Below are positions 18,510 to 28,833 of a stretch of 59,606 nucleotides of DNA, one piece after another. Under the pieces are notes generated by a model. That model searched no databases. It worked only from the letters and a program-made list of their open reading frames with translations, and had not been told where the DNA came from. A program made the translations under genes and the position numbers. The stretch lies in assembly GCA_036733285.1 (NCBI GenBank), contig DAINAU010000002.1, positions 1 to 59,606 on the forward strand, in the 5' to 3' direction. Position 1 is the first letter of the stretch. Every line of letters begins with the position of its first letter. The DNA comes from a bacterium. Lineage in GTDB: Bacteria > JAGOBX01.

Positions 18510-20084
18510 ATGCCGTATAAAAATTTTTCAGCGATAAAAATAAAAATGTTCTTGAAAACAGCGATTTCTATTTTATTAATTTTAATTTTCAATAATGAAA
18601 TCTGCGCCGAAGAATTTTCAAAAACAAATCAGGATTCGGATTTTATTAAATCGTATTCGCTTCAAGAATGTATTGATATAGCGTTAAAAAATAATTTCAA
18701 TTCCGCCGCGTCAAAACAGGAAATTGAAATCGCCGAATTCCAATATAAACAAGCTTTGTCGGCATATTGGCCCCAATTATTATTTAATTCGAGTTTCAGC
18801 AGATTATCAGACGACCCGAATTTTATTTTTCCGCCTCAACCTATGAATCTCGGCGGTCAATCGGTTATTTTTGCCCAATCAATAGCCAATTCACAATTAG
18901 CCAAGCAGGGAATAACTCCGACGACTGTCGGACAAGCGGCGTTCAATACGGCTCTTGACCAAACTACTCAACAGGTTTTACAGGGATTAGTATCCACGCC
19001 GATGCCTGAATGGGACGTTAAAATTATGGATAGAAATACTATAACCAATTCCATAAACCTAACATTTCCGGTTTATACCGGAGGAAAAATTAATTCCGTC
19101 GTAGAACAAGCCGCCGCAGGAATCGAAGTTGCAAAACAAAATTCAAAAAAAACCGATTTGCAGGTAATCTACGACGTTAAAAAATATTATTCCGCCTGCG
19201 TTCTTTCCGACAAATTGAAAAACATCGGAGAAACCGCGCTTGCGAGGTTGGAAGCGACGCTTGAACTTACCGAACACCTATATAAAAACGGTTCCGGAAA
19301 AGTAAAAAAAACAGATTACCTCCGCAATAAAATGATTGTTGACGGAATAAGAGCCGGAGTGGCTTTATTAAAAGGAAATTCAGAGCTCGCGTATGCCGCG
19401 TTAATCAACGCGCTTGGAATTAATCAAAATATTAAAATTGAAATCTCTGATAAAGAACTTAAATTTAATCCGTATAACATTTCATTGGAACAATTGCTAA
19501 GCAATTCTTATAAATTTAATCCGGACTGGGCTATGCTGAAATCGGGATTAAAAGCGGCCGAATCTAAAATCAAAGAAACTCAAAGCGAAAATTATCCTAA
19601 AATAGGAATCTTCGGTTCATTGAATTGCATTAACAATTCATATCAATCAGGGATAATGTCTGATGAGAATAAAAAAAACTGGAGCGCCGGCATAGGAGTT
19701 GAATTCAAACTTTTCGACGGATATTTGACTAAAAATAAAATCCGCGAAACAAAAGCCGCTTTAAAAAAACTTGAAACTCAGCAAATAATTCTTGAACGCG
19801 GAATAGCGTTAATGGTAAAACATTTATTTATTTTAATACAGTCGTTTCAGGAACAGGAAAAATTTTTGAATCTGGCTTTGCAATCTTCAATAGAAAATTG
19901 CGAGTTGAATACAAGGGCGTATCAGGAAGAATTAGTTGAAACCAAAGACGTAATCGAAGCCCAGCTTATTGAATCGTATATGCAAGCTCAATATCAAAAA
20001 ATTCTTTACGACACTATTGAATCTCAAGCAAAACTCGATTTTATTATAGGAACCGAGATTAATAAATTGTTTTCAAATTTTTAA
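18510..20084 (+). CDS. TolC family outer-membrane channel
   Basis: YSLQECIDIALKNN, ALSAYWPQL, PVYTGGK, YPKIG, KLFDG, LVETKDVIEAQ repeats of the OEP fold. I placed the start at ATG 18510 after GGAG (ORF track extends to 18447). Confidence 0.9.
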   Translation: MPYKNFSAIKIKMFLKTAISILLILIFNNEICAEEFSKTNQDSDFIKSYSLQECIDIALKNNFNSAASKQEIEIAEFQYKQALSAYWPQLLFNSSFSRLSDDPNFIFPPQPMNLGGQSVIFAQSIANSQLAKQGITPTTVGQAAFNTALDQTTQQVLQGLVSTPMPEWDVKIMDRNTITNSINLTFPVYTGGKINSVVEQAAAGIEVAKQNSKKTDLQVIYDVKKYYSACVLSDKLKNIGETALARLEATLELTEHLYKNGSGKVKKTDYLRNKMIVDGIRAGVALLKGNSELAYAALINALGINQNIKIEISDKELKFNPYNISLEQLLSNSYKFNPDWAMLKSGLKAAESKIKETQSENYPKIGIFGSLNCINNSYQSGIMSDENKKNWSAGIGVEFKLFDGYLTKNKIRETKAALKKLETQQIILERGIALMVKHLFILIQSFQEQEKFLNLALQSSIENCELNTRAYQEELVETKDVIEAQLIESYMQAQYQKILYDTIESQAKLDFIIGTEINKLFSNF

Positions 20085-20092
20085 AAATTTTT

Positions 20093-21019
20093 ATGAAAAA
20101 ATTTTCGACTATTGTTTTGTCCATCATTTTTTTTCAAATATCGTTTGCGTCAAAATCAGATAAAATATCAGCCGCAGATATATTAATAAACCGCAGGCAA
20201 AGCGAATTCAGGGTGGCTCAAAGCGGAAAATCTCTCGACAACATTAATTCAAGCGACGCTAAAGCCGCTCTTGAAATCTGGTTTAATCAATTTTTTAAAG
20301 AAAATAATTACGACGTTAAAATAAATGTCGCTTTGTATAACAATATTGATTTGATTATTAATGATTTGAATGAAAATAAAATTGATTATTTAACTTTAAA
20401 CTCTATTGAATACTGCCGGATAAAAGAAAAAGTTCCTATCGAAGGACTTATGGCGGGTTATCAAAACCGGAAAATTACAAAAGACCTTGTTTTAGTAACA
20501 AGACGCGGCGACATAAAAACTTTAAAAGATTTACAAAACAAAAAAATAATTGTGGATATAAGCAATTTTGGCGATTTGCCAATAATGTGGCTTGATACGA
20601 TGCTTTTAAAAGCGAATATGCCGGCTCATATGTTTTTTTTTAAATCAGTAAAAAAGGTTTATAAATCTTCTCAAGCGGTTATGCCGGTATATTTCAATCA
20701 GGATTTTGACGCTTGTCTGCTTAATGAAAACGCTTATAATATTTTAACCGAACTAAATCCTAATATTTCAGAAAAACTTCGTATTATTGAAAGATCTCCT
20801 TCATTTTTAGGGAGAATATTCTGCGCTTCAAAAAACACCGACCAAGAAATGAAAAAAAAACTTATCGGGATGATTAATGATATGAACAATAATGTGAAAA
20901 GCAAACAGGGACTTGCTCTTTTCAAAGTGGATAAACTGGTTTTGTTTGATTCTAAAGATATGGCAACCGTCGAGAATTTAATTAAAGAATACGACGAATT
21001 ATTAAATAAAAAAAAATAA
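20093..21019 (+). CDS. PhnD/SsuA-like periplasmic substrate-binding protein
   Basis: Signal peptide; DAKAALEIW; IKTLKDLQNKKI; SQAVMPVYFNQ.DAC; ILTELNP; paralogous to the next gene. Confidence 0.8.
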   Translation: MKKFSTIVLSIIFFQISFASKSDKISAADILINRRQSEFRVAQSGKSLDNINSSDAKAALEIWFNQFFKENNYDVKINVALYNNIDLIINDLNENKIDYLTLNSIEYCRIKEKVPIEGLMAGYQNRKITKDLVLVTRRGDIKTLKDLQNKKIIVDISNFGDLPIMWLDTMLLKANMPAHMFFFKSVKKVYKSSQAVMPVYFNQDFDACLLNENAYNILTELNPNISEKLRIIERSPSFLGRIFCASKNTDQEMKKKLIGMINDMNNNVKSKQGLALFKVDKLVLFDSKDMATVENLIKEYDELLNKKK

Positions 21020-21070
21020 GCGATTGGTTTAATATTTTTACAAGGTTTGATTGATTTGTAGAGAATTATC

Positions 21071-22006
21071 ATGATTAATTTTAAAAATTTTTGTCGATTA
21101 ATTATTTTATTATATATTTACGCTCTTAATTTACAAATATGTTTTTCGGACTCTTTATCCGCCGACTCTCAAAAAATATTTAAGTTTGGACTGATGAAAA
21201 ATACGTTTCCTGAAGCCAATCCTAAAGACGCCCAAGCGGCATTTGAAATATGGGTTAAAAATTATCTGAAAGAAACTCAAAATAAAATCAGAGTAAAGAT
21301 TGTATCGACTGTTTTTGAAGATATCGATTCTTTGACAGCCGCATTAGAAAAAAAAGAGATTGAATTTATAAACATTAATACAATGGATTATTTCAGAATA
21401 AAAGAAAAAATGTCAATAAGCCCTATTTTAGTTACGGCAAAACAACACTCGCCGACCGAGAAATTATTATTGTTATGCTCGAAAGACAATAATATTAAAA
21501 ATGTAACTGATTTAGTAAATAAAAAGATTATCGCGCAAAAAGGAAAGTGGGACGCAATACCCGCTATATGGCTTGAAACTTTGTTGATAAAAGAGACTAA
21601 TTCTTCGTATGATATGAATTTAATAAAACTGGATAAAGCGTCTCAATGCGTTTATAACCTGTATTTTAAACAGGCGGACGCGTGCATAGTATCCGCTAAC
21701 GCTTACAGTTTAATAAACGAATTGAATCCTAAAATATGTTTAAACGTTAAAGTCTTGGCGGAATCTCCGGATTATCTGCCGTTTATATTTTGTCATACGG
21801 ATTTTGCCGATAAAAACATTATTAAATTAATAAAATCTACCGCTTTTAATTTTGAAAACAGCTCTTATGGAAAACAAATATTGACTTTATTTCAATCGCA
21901 AAAAAATTTACCAGTAAAGGATATATATTTAAAAGAAATAAAAATTCTTTACGATACATATCAACGTTTTTTATCTGAAAATAAAATTAAAAAAATTATT
22001 AATTGA
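21071..22006 (+). CDS. PhnD/SsuA-like periplasmic substrate-binding protein (paralog)
   Basis: DAQAAFEIW; IKNVTDLVNKKI; SQCVYNLYFKQADAC; LINELNP; YGKQILTLF. Confidence 0.8.
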   Translation: MINFKNFCRLIILLYIYALNLQICFSDSLSADSQKIFKFGLMKNTFPEANPKDAQAAFEIWVKNYLKETQNKIRVKIVSTVFEDIDSLTAALEKKEIEFININTMDYFRIKEKMSISPILVTAKQHSPTEKLLLLCSKDNNIKNVTDLVNKKIIAQKGKWDAIPAIWLETLLIKETNSSYDMNLIKLDKASQCVYNLYFKQADACIVSANAYSLINELNPKICLNVKVLAESPDYLPFIFCHTDFADKNIIKLIKSTAFNFENSSYGKQILTLFQSQKNLPVKDIYLKEIKILYDTYQRFLSENKIKKIIN

Positions 22007-22013
22007 AAATAAA

Positions 22014-24011
22014 ATGAATATCATAGGTTTTTTAAAAAAATTCAAACCGGAACATTTGAAAAATAAAAGAAAAAGCATTTTATTCAAAACTTTGATTCTA
22101 CTCTGGAGCGTCATTATTTTCACGATTTTAATTTTCACTTTGGCATTAATACCGTATCAAAAAAACATTCTAACGGGAATGCTTGAATCGGAAGCTAAAA
22201 CAATAGCGTCGTCAATCAGTCAGATAACGGCTACGGCTTTAATATCGGAAGATTTCAGTTTTGTCGTTGATCATTGTATGGGAGTGGTGAATGAGCGTCC
22301 GTCGATTATTTATGTTGTAATTACGCGCAAAGACGGTTTTTCTTTAATCCACAATAAGAAGAATTGGACAGATAAGACTTTAAACGGATTTTGGGTTTCA
22401 GACGAATTAAAAAAAGGAAGAATTATTTACTCGGATATAGCGGGAAAAGAAGTGTTTCATTATACCGCTTCGTTCAAATATTCGGGAATTGACTGGGGCT
22501 GGATACATATAGGTTTATCGCTAAAAAAATTCAACGCAGATTTCAACGCCATACACATTCGTTTGCTGCTTATATCCTTTTTCTGTATTTTTTGCGGTTT
22601 AATCATTTCTTACATTTTTTCAAAAAAAATCAGCGCTCCCATTTTTAAATTGCTTGATATAACTAGAAAAGTAACAGGCGGCGATTTATCCGTTAAAACT
22701 GTAATCCGGACCGGAGATGAAATAGAAACATTATTCGAATCATTTAATACTATGACTGAAACGATAAAAAATTCTCAAGAAAAAATTATTATTGTAAATA
22801 AATACTTATTCAATATCCTGAAATGTATGAACGATACATTATTTGTTATGACCGCCGGCGGCATTATCAAAACAGTTAATTCCGCATTGACGAATCTTTT
22901 GGGATACGAAGAAAATGAGTTGGCGGGCCAATCGGTTATACATATTATCGAACCGGAATTATTCTCAAAAATACTTGATTTCGGCAATTACAATATAAAG
23001 GGATATATGTCGAATATCGAAATCAAATATATTTCCAAAAATAAAAAAGAAATCCCCGTTCTTTTTTCCGCGGCGCTTATGCGCGATGAAAACAACAATA
23101 TTCAGGGAGTTGTTTGCGCCGCGGTTAATATATCTCAAACAAAAAAAATGATGGAAGAATTAAAAAATAAATCCGAACAGATTGAAGAATCCGCTAAAAA
23201 AGTCGCCGAAGCTTATAATCTCCTTCAGGAAACTCAGGAACAATTAATTCAATCCGAAAAAATGGCGGCAATAGGAACTTTGGCCGCGGGTATAGGTCAC
23301 GAAATCAACAATCCTATGGCGTTTATTAAATGGAACATTAATTCTCTAAAAAAATTCCAGAACAAACTCGCGGTTTTTTTTTATGAAACCGAAACAAATA
23401 ATAATGCCAATATTGTTTCTTTTGCGGAATTCATAAAAAAAACTAATTTCAAAAAAATAATTAAAGATATGGAAGTTGTTTTAAATGAAACCTCGGAAGG
23501 TATTGAAAGAGTAATATACATTTCGCAAAACCTTAAAATGCTTACGCATCCCGGCTCTGATACTTTTGAAAAATGCGACATAAATTCTATTATAAGAAAA
23601 GTATTCAATTTTCTTATCAGAGAATACAAATATAAAATACGGTTTGAGCTTGATCTTGGAGAAATCCGTAAAATCAACGGAAATTCTCAGCAATTAATGC
23701 AGGTTTTTATGAACCTGCTTATAAACGCGGCGGATTCTATTATCAATGAAAACGGTCAAATAATTATCAAAACGTATTGTGAAAAAGATAATTTATTTAT
23801 AATCGTTTCGGACAACGGCCGCGGTATTCCGGATGAAATCAAACATAAAGTTTTCGATCCTTTTTTCACGACTAAAGAAACTGGCAAAGGAACCGGACTC
23901 GGATTAAATATTGTCTATAAAATAATAAAAAAACATAAAGGGAATATTTCTTTTGACAGCGTTCTGAACGGAGGAAGCACTTTTATAATCGAACTGCCGG
24001 TATCGGAATAA
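22014..24011 (+). CDS. Sensor histidine kinase (periplasmic sensor-HAMP-PAS-HisKA-HATPase)
   Basis: Two TM segments; HAMP ([14 protein letters not shown]); PAS; H-box [10 protein letters not shown]; N-box [10 protein letters not shown]; SDNGRGIP; FDPFFTTK; GKGTGLGL. Confidence 0.96.
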   Translation: MNIIGFLKKFKPEHLKNKRKSILFKTLILLWSVIIFTILIFTLALIPYQKNILTGMLESEAKTIASSISQITATALISEDFSFVVDHCMGVVNERPSIIYVVITRKDGFSLIHNKKNWTDKTLNGFWVSDELKKGRIIYSDIAGKEVFHYTASFKYSGIDWGWIHIGLSLKKFNADFNAIHIRLLLISFFCIFCGLIISYIFSKKISAPIFKLLDITRKVTGGDLSVKTVIRTGDEIETLFESFNTMTETIKNSQEKIIIVNKYLFNILKCMNDTLFVMTAGGIIKTVNSALTNLLGYEENELAGQSVIHIIEPELFSKILDFGNYNIKGYMSNIEIKYISKNKKEIPVLFSAALMRDENNNIQGVVCAAVNISQTKKMMEELKNKSEQIEESAKKVAEAYNLLQETQEQLIQSEKMAAIGTLAAGIGHEINNPMAFIKWNINSLKKFQNKLAVFFYETETNNNANIVSFAEFIKKTNFKKIIKDMEVVLNETSEGIERVIYISQNLKMLTHPGSDTFEKCDINSIIRKVFNFLIREYKYKIRFELDLGEIRKINGNSQQLMQVFMNLLINAADSIINENGQIIIKTYCEKDNLFIIVSDNGRGIPDEIKHKVFDPFFTTKETGKGTGLGLNIVYKIIKKHKGNISFDSVLNGGSTFIIELPVSE

Positions 24012-24071
24012 ACTATAAAAAAATGAAATTATTATTGCATAGTGAAATTTCGATTTAAAATTGTAAAGATA

Positions 24072-25373
24072 CTATTTCTCATATTCAATAATTCCGGCGG
24101 AAAGTTTTGAAGCAAGTTTTACAATAGCGTTATATTCCATTTCCTTTTCGGAAGGATACTGAGGTTTTGTAGAACCGGTTAAATCTTTATATTTATAAAC
24201 AGCCCGTTTATCGCCTGAAAATTCAGCCCAGCTTTTTTCAAAAATATCTTCTGCCGTGAACGTTCCGCTATGTTTAATTTGACCGGAATTAATATCCGTG
24301 ATTTTATACGTTCCGGTTGCCATAGTTTTAGCAAAAACGGTATAAACGGTCGTTCGCGCTCTGACTTTATCATAAACATTTTCCTTCTTCTTCTTGCCGG
24401 ATTCGGTAACATATTCTTTTTGACCGGCAACCACTTCTTTGCTTTCATCAATTGTTTTTTTTGAAACGGCTGGCGGAGTGTGAATTATTTGAATTAAAGT
24501 TCCTGTTATCAATTCCTGCGCTCCAAGCAATTCGCCTGCAACAGTTTTGCTTTTATCCGAAATAATTCCCGACAAAGCAAGTTGTTGTTCTTTAAGTATA
24601 ACCGTCAAATCGTCTCTCATTATAATTTCATTGAATTCCATTATTGCTTTGTTGTTAAAAATATCCTTATAAACCAAATCCGTCAGCAACGCGGCATTCG
24701 AAGAATTAGCGATATTAAAGGTTTTATCTTCAAATCTCATTATCGCAATTCTTTTCAGCGCGGTTTTTTTGGAGAGATTGTATTTTTCTTCCGCGTCCTT
24801 ATATCCCGGTATTATATTCAACGCCTCTAAAAATTCTTTTGCCGCGGCTTTTTGAATGTCGCTTTTTTTGTCTTGAAACAGATTGTTTCCAAGAGAATAA
24901 TGATATTCCGCGGCATCTAATTTTGCCGCTGAAAGCAAATTTAAAACCTCGTATTTACGAATCGAAACGTATTGTTTGGTTTTATCATTATAAATTTTCG
25001 GGAGATTATCAACCGTATCGTTTAATTCCTGAATAGCTTCATATTTTTCCAGTATATTATCATATCTGTCTTTTGAATTGGTATTTTTAAAACGCTCGAT
25101 CTCCGATTTGTATTGATTAACGGCATTATCGTAAGATTCAAAAAGAATTATTTGCGCTTTTTCGTATTCCGGTTTTTCTTTTATTGACTCCGCGGCTTTT
25201 TTAAAAGATTCTCCATACTGTTTTTTTTTAGACAAATTTTCAGCTTGCGAACACAAAGACCCATAATTTGTGAACGTCGAACAATTTGACAAATAAATGG
25301 AAATCACAACAAAAAAAAATAATAACCCGGTTTTCTTCAAAAAAATATTATTCGCGAACAGTTTCATAAACAT
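24072..25373 (-). CDS. Lipoprotein with TPR-like and CsgG/TolB-N-like domain
   Basis: Lipobox LSNC, helical repeats, RIAIMRFEDKT, IMRDDL..ILKEQQLALSGII...GELLGAQELITG. Confidence 0.72.
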   Translation of the reverse strand: MFMKLFANNIFLKKTGLLFFFVVISIYLSNCSTFTNYGSLCSQAENLSKKKQYGESFKKAAESIKEKPEYEKAQIILFESYDNAVNQYKSEIERFKNTNSKDRYDNILEKYEAIQELNDTVDNLPKIYNDKTKQYVSIRKYEVLNLLSAAKLDAAEYHYSLGNNLFQDKKSDIQKAAAKEFLEALNIIPGYKDAEEKYNLSKKTALKRIAIMRFEDKTFNIANSSNAALLTDLVYKDIFNNKAIMEFNEIIMRDDLTVILKEQQLALSGIISDKSKTVAGELLGAQELITGTLIQIIHTPPAVSKKTIDESKEVVAGQKEYVTESGKKKKENVYDKVRARTTVYTVFAKTMATGTYKITDINSGQIKHSGTFTAEDIFEKSWAEFSGDKRAVYKYKDLTGSTKPQYPSEKEMEYNAIVKLASKLSAGIIEYEK

Positions 25374-26364
25374 ATCTCTCTATATTTGGCAGTATTGCAT
25401 CCGCGGCGTTCTCCGCCGCTTTTTCCACCGCCTTAATTTTAGAATCTTTTATATCTATTCCGGCTCCTTTGCAAGACGCGCTAAACGACGCTACCGCTTT
25501 TTTATCTGATTCCGAACGAGCCGAAAGTCTTACGTTTGCTTCGGAAATTTCAAAAACATTATACGGTTCTTTTCCTATATGTTCGACTTCAACTTTTAAA
25601 ACGATTCTTATAAAATCAAACTTTTTTTTAGAAAAGGTATTACCGGTTCCGGTTTCAACGCCGTTAAAACCGGCGTCTATAATTTTACGTTCAAATTTTA
25701 AACCAAAAAGTTTATTGAATTCAGCGTCATTCTCAAATTCAAGAATTATTTTTTGATCTTTTTTTCGTTTTAAAAACAATTCTTGAAGTTTTAATTTTTC
25801 TCCCAATTGCTTTAACTCTTCCTTTTTTTTTCTCGCGATTTCGTCAAATTCGGTTTCTGGAACAGACGCATAAACGTATGCTTTATAAAAAACAAAATTA
25901 TTGCCGGATTCGGTTCTGCCGTATTTTTCAATAAACCATTTTTCGGCTTTCATTCTCGAAACAAAAGCGTCAACTTCAAATTTTTCATTTTGTTTCGACA
26001 TTACTGCGGCGTCTTTAATATCGGATGTTTTTCCGTAATAAGCCGAATATTTTTCGAACAATTCTTTTACTTCGACTCCGCAATAAGAAGCGAATTTAAC
26101 CAAACTATTTTTTAAAGCTGAATCTCTCGCGTCTTTCTCAGTCGAACAATTATCAGAAACGCCGGTAAAATAAAGCGTTCCTTCGGTTTTATTTATTTCT
26201 TCAACAATCCATTCCGGTTTTTCTTTAGGCGTAGATTCAATCAAGTATTCGGAGTAATTTTTTCCGTCCTCGATTTTTTCATAAAAAGCGGTTTTCTTTG
26301 CCGATCCGCATCCGCTTGTCGCGATTATCAAAATTGAAATATAAATACAATATAACTTTTTCAT
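25348..26364 (-). CDS. LPP20-like lipoprotein
   Basis: Lipobox TSGC; KPEWI; YFTGVS; ARDSALKNS; YKAYVYASVP. Confidence 0.65.
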   Translation of the reverse strand: MKKLYCIYISILIIATSGCGSAKKTAFYEKIEDGKNYSEYLIESTPKEKPEWIVEEINKTEGTLYFTGVSDNCSTEKDARDSALKNSLVKFASYCGVEVKELFEKYSAYYGKTSDIKDAAVMSKQNEKFEVDAFVSRMKAEKWFIEKYGRTESGNNFVFYKAYVYASVPETEFDEIARKKKEELKQLGEKLKLQELFLKRKKDQKIILEFENDAEFNKLFGLKFERKIIDAGFNGVETGTGNTFSKKKFDFIRIVLKVEVEHIGKEPYNVFEISEANVRLSARSESDKKAVASFSASCKGAGIDIKDSKIKAVEKAAENAADAILPNIERYVYETVRE

Positions 26365-26370
26365 TTGAAT

Positions 26371-27354
26371 TTATGAATTTGAAAAATGCCGTCTTGCATA
26401 ATCAGAGTTAAAAAACATTTTAACCGGAACCTTTTTTTTATCGGAGATTTCCGAAGGAAATATAAAATCTATCTTTATTTTTGCTCCTACCGGAATGACA
26501 ATTTTATTTTTTCTATGTCCGAAATAAGGCAAATCAACGACCGGAAAATCATATTTTTCCAATATTTCAAGAATCGAACGCTTAATTGAAATCGAACCTT
26601 TGTTTTTTTCCGACGAAACGCATTTATTAAAATCTATAAAAAGACATTTTGTGTTTTCAAACGCGCCGCCGTTTTTTAAATGAGTAATCAGTCTATCGAT
26701 TCTGTAAGGTTCTTCTTTTATATCTTCAATAAACATTACGTTGCTTTTCTCAATCTGCCGAAAATATTTCGTTCCGAGCATTCCTGATAATATCGAAAGA
26801 CAACCCGCTATGGATATTTCGGCTTTTACAGATTTTAACCCGCTTGTTGGAGTCTTAATTATTTCGCAATTAAACTCATAGTTTAAATTTGTTTTTTTTA
26901 AAATTTTCTCAAATAATTTTATCTGCCTGTTATATGTTTTTTCATAAAAATCCGGAACCAGCAAAAAACCGTAATAATTGATTTTTCCAGTTTCAGAATT
27001 ATCGGCTATTATGAGCGAAGTCAAATCGCTATAACCCATAATCGGACTGCGGGAAATTTTCTTAAAATCTATTTTATCTATTAATCTTGCAGAACCGTAT
27101 CCGCCTTTGACTCCAAGCATTATATCCGGATTCTGTTTTTCAATATAAACAAAATCGGCTATTTTTTCTTTGTCGGTTCCGGCAAACAAACCGTGTTTTT
27201 TTAAAAGGTTGGGCGGCGTAATAAATTCAATATTTTCAATAGAAGAACTTAAACGGGAAATTGCTTTGGCAATCTTTGCTTTTTCAACAAAATCCGCCGG
27301 AGAAAACAATCCGATTTTTTTTTTTATGACCTTTATGTTTTTATTTTGTTTCAT
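26371..27354 (-). CDS. ldcA: LD-carboxypeptidase (peptidase S66)
   Basis: KGGYGS, GYSD (nucleophile Ser), FIEDIKEEPYRIDRL, FGH: the Ser-Glu-His triad motifs are present. Confidence 0.9.
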   Translation of the reverse strand: MKQNKNIKVIKKKIGLFSPADFVEKAKIAKAISRLSSSIENIEFITPPNLLKKHGLFAGTDKEKIADFVYIEKQNPDIMLGVKGGYGSARLIDKIDFKKISRSPIMGYSDLTSLIIADNSETGKINYYGFLLVPDFYEKTYNRQIKLFEKILKKTNLNYEFNCEIIKTPTSGLKSVKAEISIAGCLSILSGMLGTKYFRQIEKSNVMFIEDIKEEPYRIDRLITHLKNGGAFENTKCLFIDFNKCVSSEKNKGSISIKRSILEILEKYDFPVVDLPYFGHRKNKIVIPVGAKIKIDFIFPSEISDKKKVPVKMFFNSDYARRHFSNS

Positions 27355-27368
27355 CTGTCAAATGTAAT

Positions 27369-28439
27369 CTATTTGCGTTCGACTCGCAAATCTATTGTGA
27401 CAACCGCGTTATCATATCCCGGCGCCCATCTCCAGTTTGAAGACACATGCTGTTTGGCAAGATTATTCAATTTAAGAAATTCCGAAGCTTTAATTACATA
27501 TATTTCCTTAATAAATCCGTTAGCGTCAATTTTTCCCTGCAATCTTATGAAATGATATTCTCCTTTATTTAACAGATGACGCGCGTCAAGATCGGGTTTT
27601 GAGATTATACCGGGAATCTTATTGCTCGTTTCATTTGTTCCCTGTTCGCCGAAAGGGTTATATTCGTTGAAAAAATCGCCTTTATTATCGCTTGAATTCG
27701 AGCCGGGTTTTATTTGCGGTTTGCTTACGACATTTTTATAATAAGAAGCGCTATCCTTTTTATTTGAATTTTCGTCCGAACCATAATCCGTCGAATTGTT
27801 ATTTTCATCTGAAGTTCCGGCTGCATCTTCCGTATTTATGCCGGGACGGTTAGAATGCTTTAAAGGTTCCGACTTGGCTTTATATCTAAAATCGGTTTTT
27901 ACCGACTCTGAAATTTTTATTTCGCGCGACTCGTCAAAAATATTCACTTGATATTTTTCGGTTCGATTTGAAACTTCAGCGTTGACTTTTCGAGCGGAAG
28001 CGCGGAGTTTAGCCATAAGTTTTTCAAATTCCAAAGATTTTGCGGCATTCTCTTCAAGCGGCTCGGTTTGTTTAGACATTCTACTTTTTTTTTCGACAAC
28101 CGGATTTGTTTTTTGACTGCCGGAAGAATTATCTTCTTTATTTTCAAAATCAATCTCTTTTACCGAATCAATATTTTTCGCCGACTGGATTTCTTTTGCG
28201 GATTGTTCAGTTTTAACTTGGTTTTCAACGTTCTTATCGACAAAATCTTTTTCGCCTTTTTTTAAAATGTCAAGATTATTGATGTTTTTAATGACTACTC
28301 TTATATTTTGAGATAAATCTGCCGGTTTCTGCAAACCGAACTTTGACATAATAATTAATACCAAAAATTGTAGAATAAGACCAGAAAAAAAAGATATTTG
28401 AACTCTTTTTTTATCGTCTAAGATTATATTTTTCTTCAT
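27369..28439 (-). CDS. TonB-like energy transducer (N-terminal anchor, long polar linker, TonB C-terminal-like domain)
   Basis: Single N-terminal TM, K/S/E/N-rich linker, C-terminal IRLQGKIDANGFIKEIYVIKAS...LNNLA...WRWAP. Confidence 0.6.
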   Translation of the reverse strand: MKKNIILDDKKRVQISFFSGLILQFLVLIIMSKFGLQKPADLSQNIRVVIKNINNLDILKKGEKDFVDKNVENQVKTEQSAKEIQSAKNIDSVKEIDFENKEDNSSGSQKTNPVVEKKSRMSKQTEPLEENAAKSLEFEKLMAKLRASARKVNAEVSNRTEKYQVNIFDESREIKISESVKTDFRYKAKSEPLKHSNRPGINTEDAAGTSDENNNSTDYGSDENSNKKDSASYYKNVVSKPQIKPGSNSSDNKGDFFNEYNPFGEQGTNETSNKIPGIISKPDLDARHLLNKGEYHFIRLQGKIDANGFIKEIYVIKASEFLKLNNLAKQHVSSNWRWAPGYDNAVVTIDLRVERK

Positions 28440-28577
28440 ATTATCTTTAATTATATAAAATTTTTATTTTTTTTCAAGATTTTTCTAAAGTTTTTTTCAA
28501 TTCTGCCGATATATATATCAAGTTAGATAAATTTTATATATTGTTTTAATAATTTTTTAATAATATTTGGAGATAAA

Positions 28578-28829
28578 ATGTTGAATCTCATATCAAAAAA
28601 TTCAATGAAAAATATCGCGGATGAACAGGAAAAACTTACTTCAGATTTAATCAACAGATACGAATATGCCATTAGAGAAAAAGATTCAGTGATAAAAGAA
28701 CAAAAAGAAATTATTGGAAAACAAAAAGATTATATCTATAAATTGTTAAACGAAATTGAAGAAGAAAGCCGTTCTCCTTTTTTTAATTTGAAACTCGGTT
28801 TCGCAAAATTATTCAGTTTTATACTTTAA
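28578..28829 (+). CDS. Small coiled-coil hypothetical protein
   Basis: 83-aa ORF with GGAG SD and heptad-like K/E-rich segment. Confidence 0.6.
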   Translation: MLNLISKNSMKNIADEQEKLTSDLINRYEYAIREKDSVIKEQKEIIGKQKDYIYKLLNEIEEESRSPFFNLKLGFAKLFSFIL

Positions 28830-28833
28830 TTTT

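Noticed and set aside
20093-22006. Phosphonate uptake operon
   Set aside because: Only the binding-protein fold is PhnD-like. No phnC/phnE or C-P lyase genes are present, so the ligand cannot be assigned.
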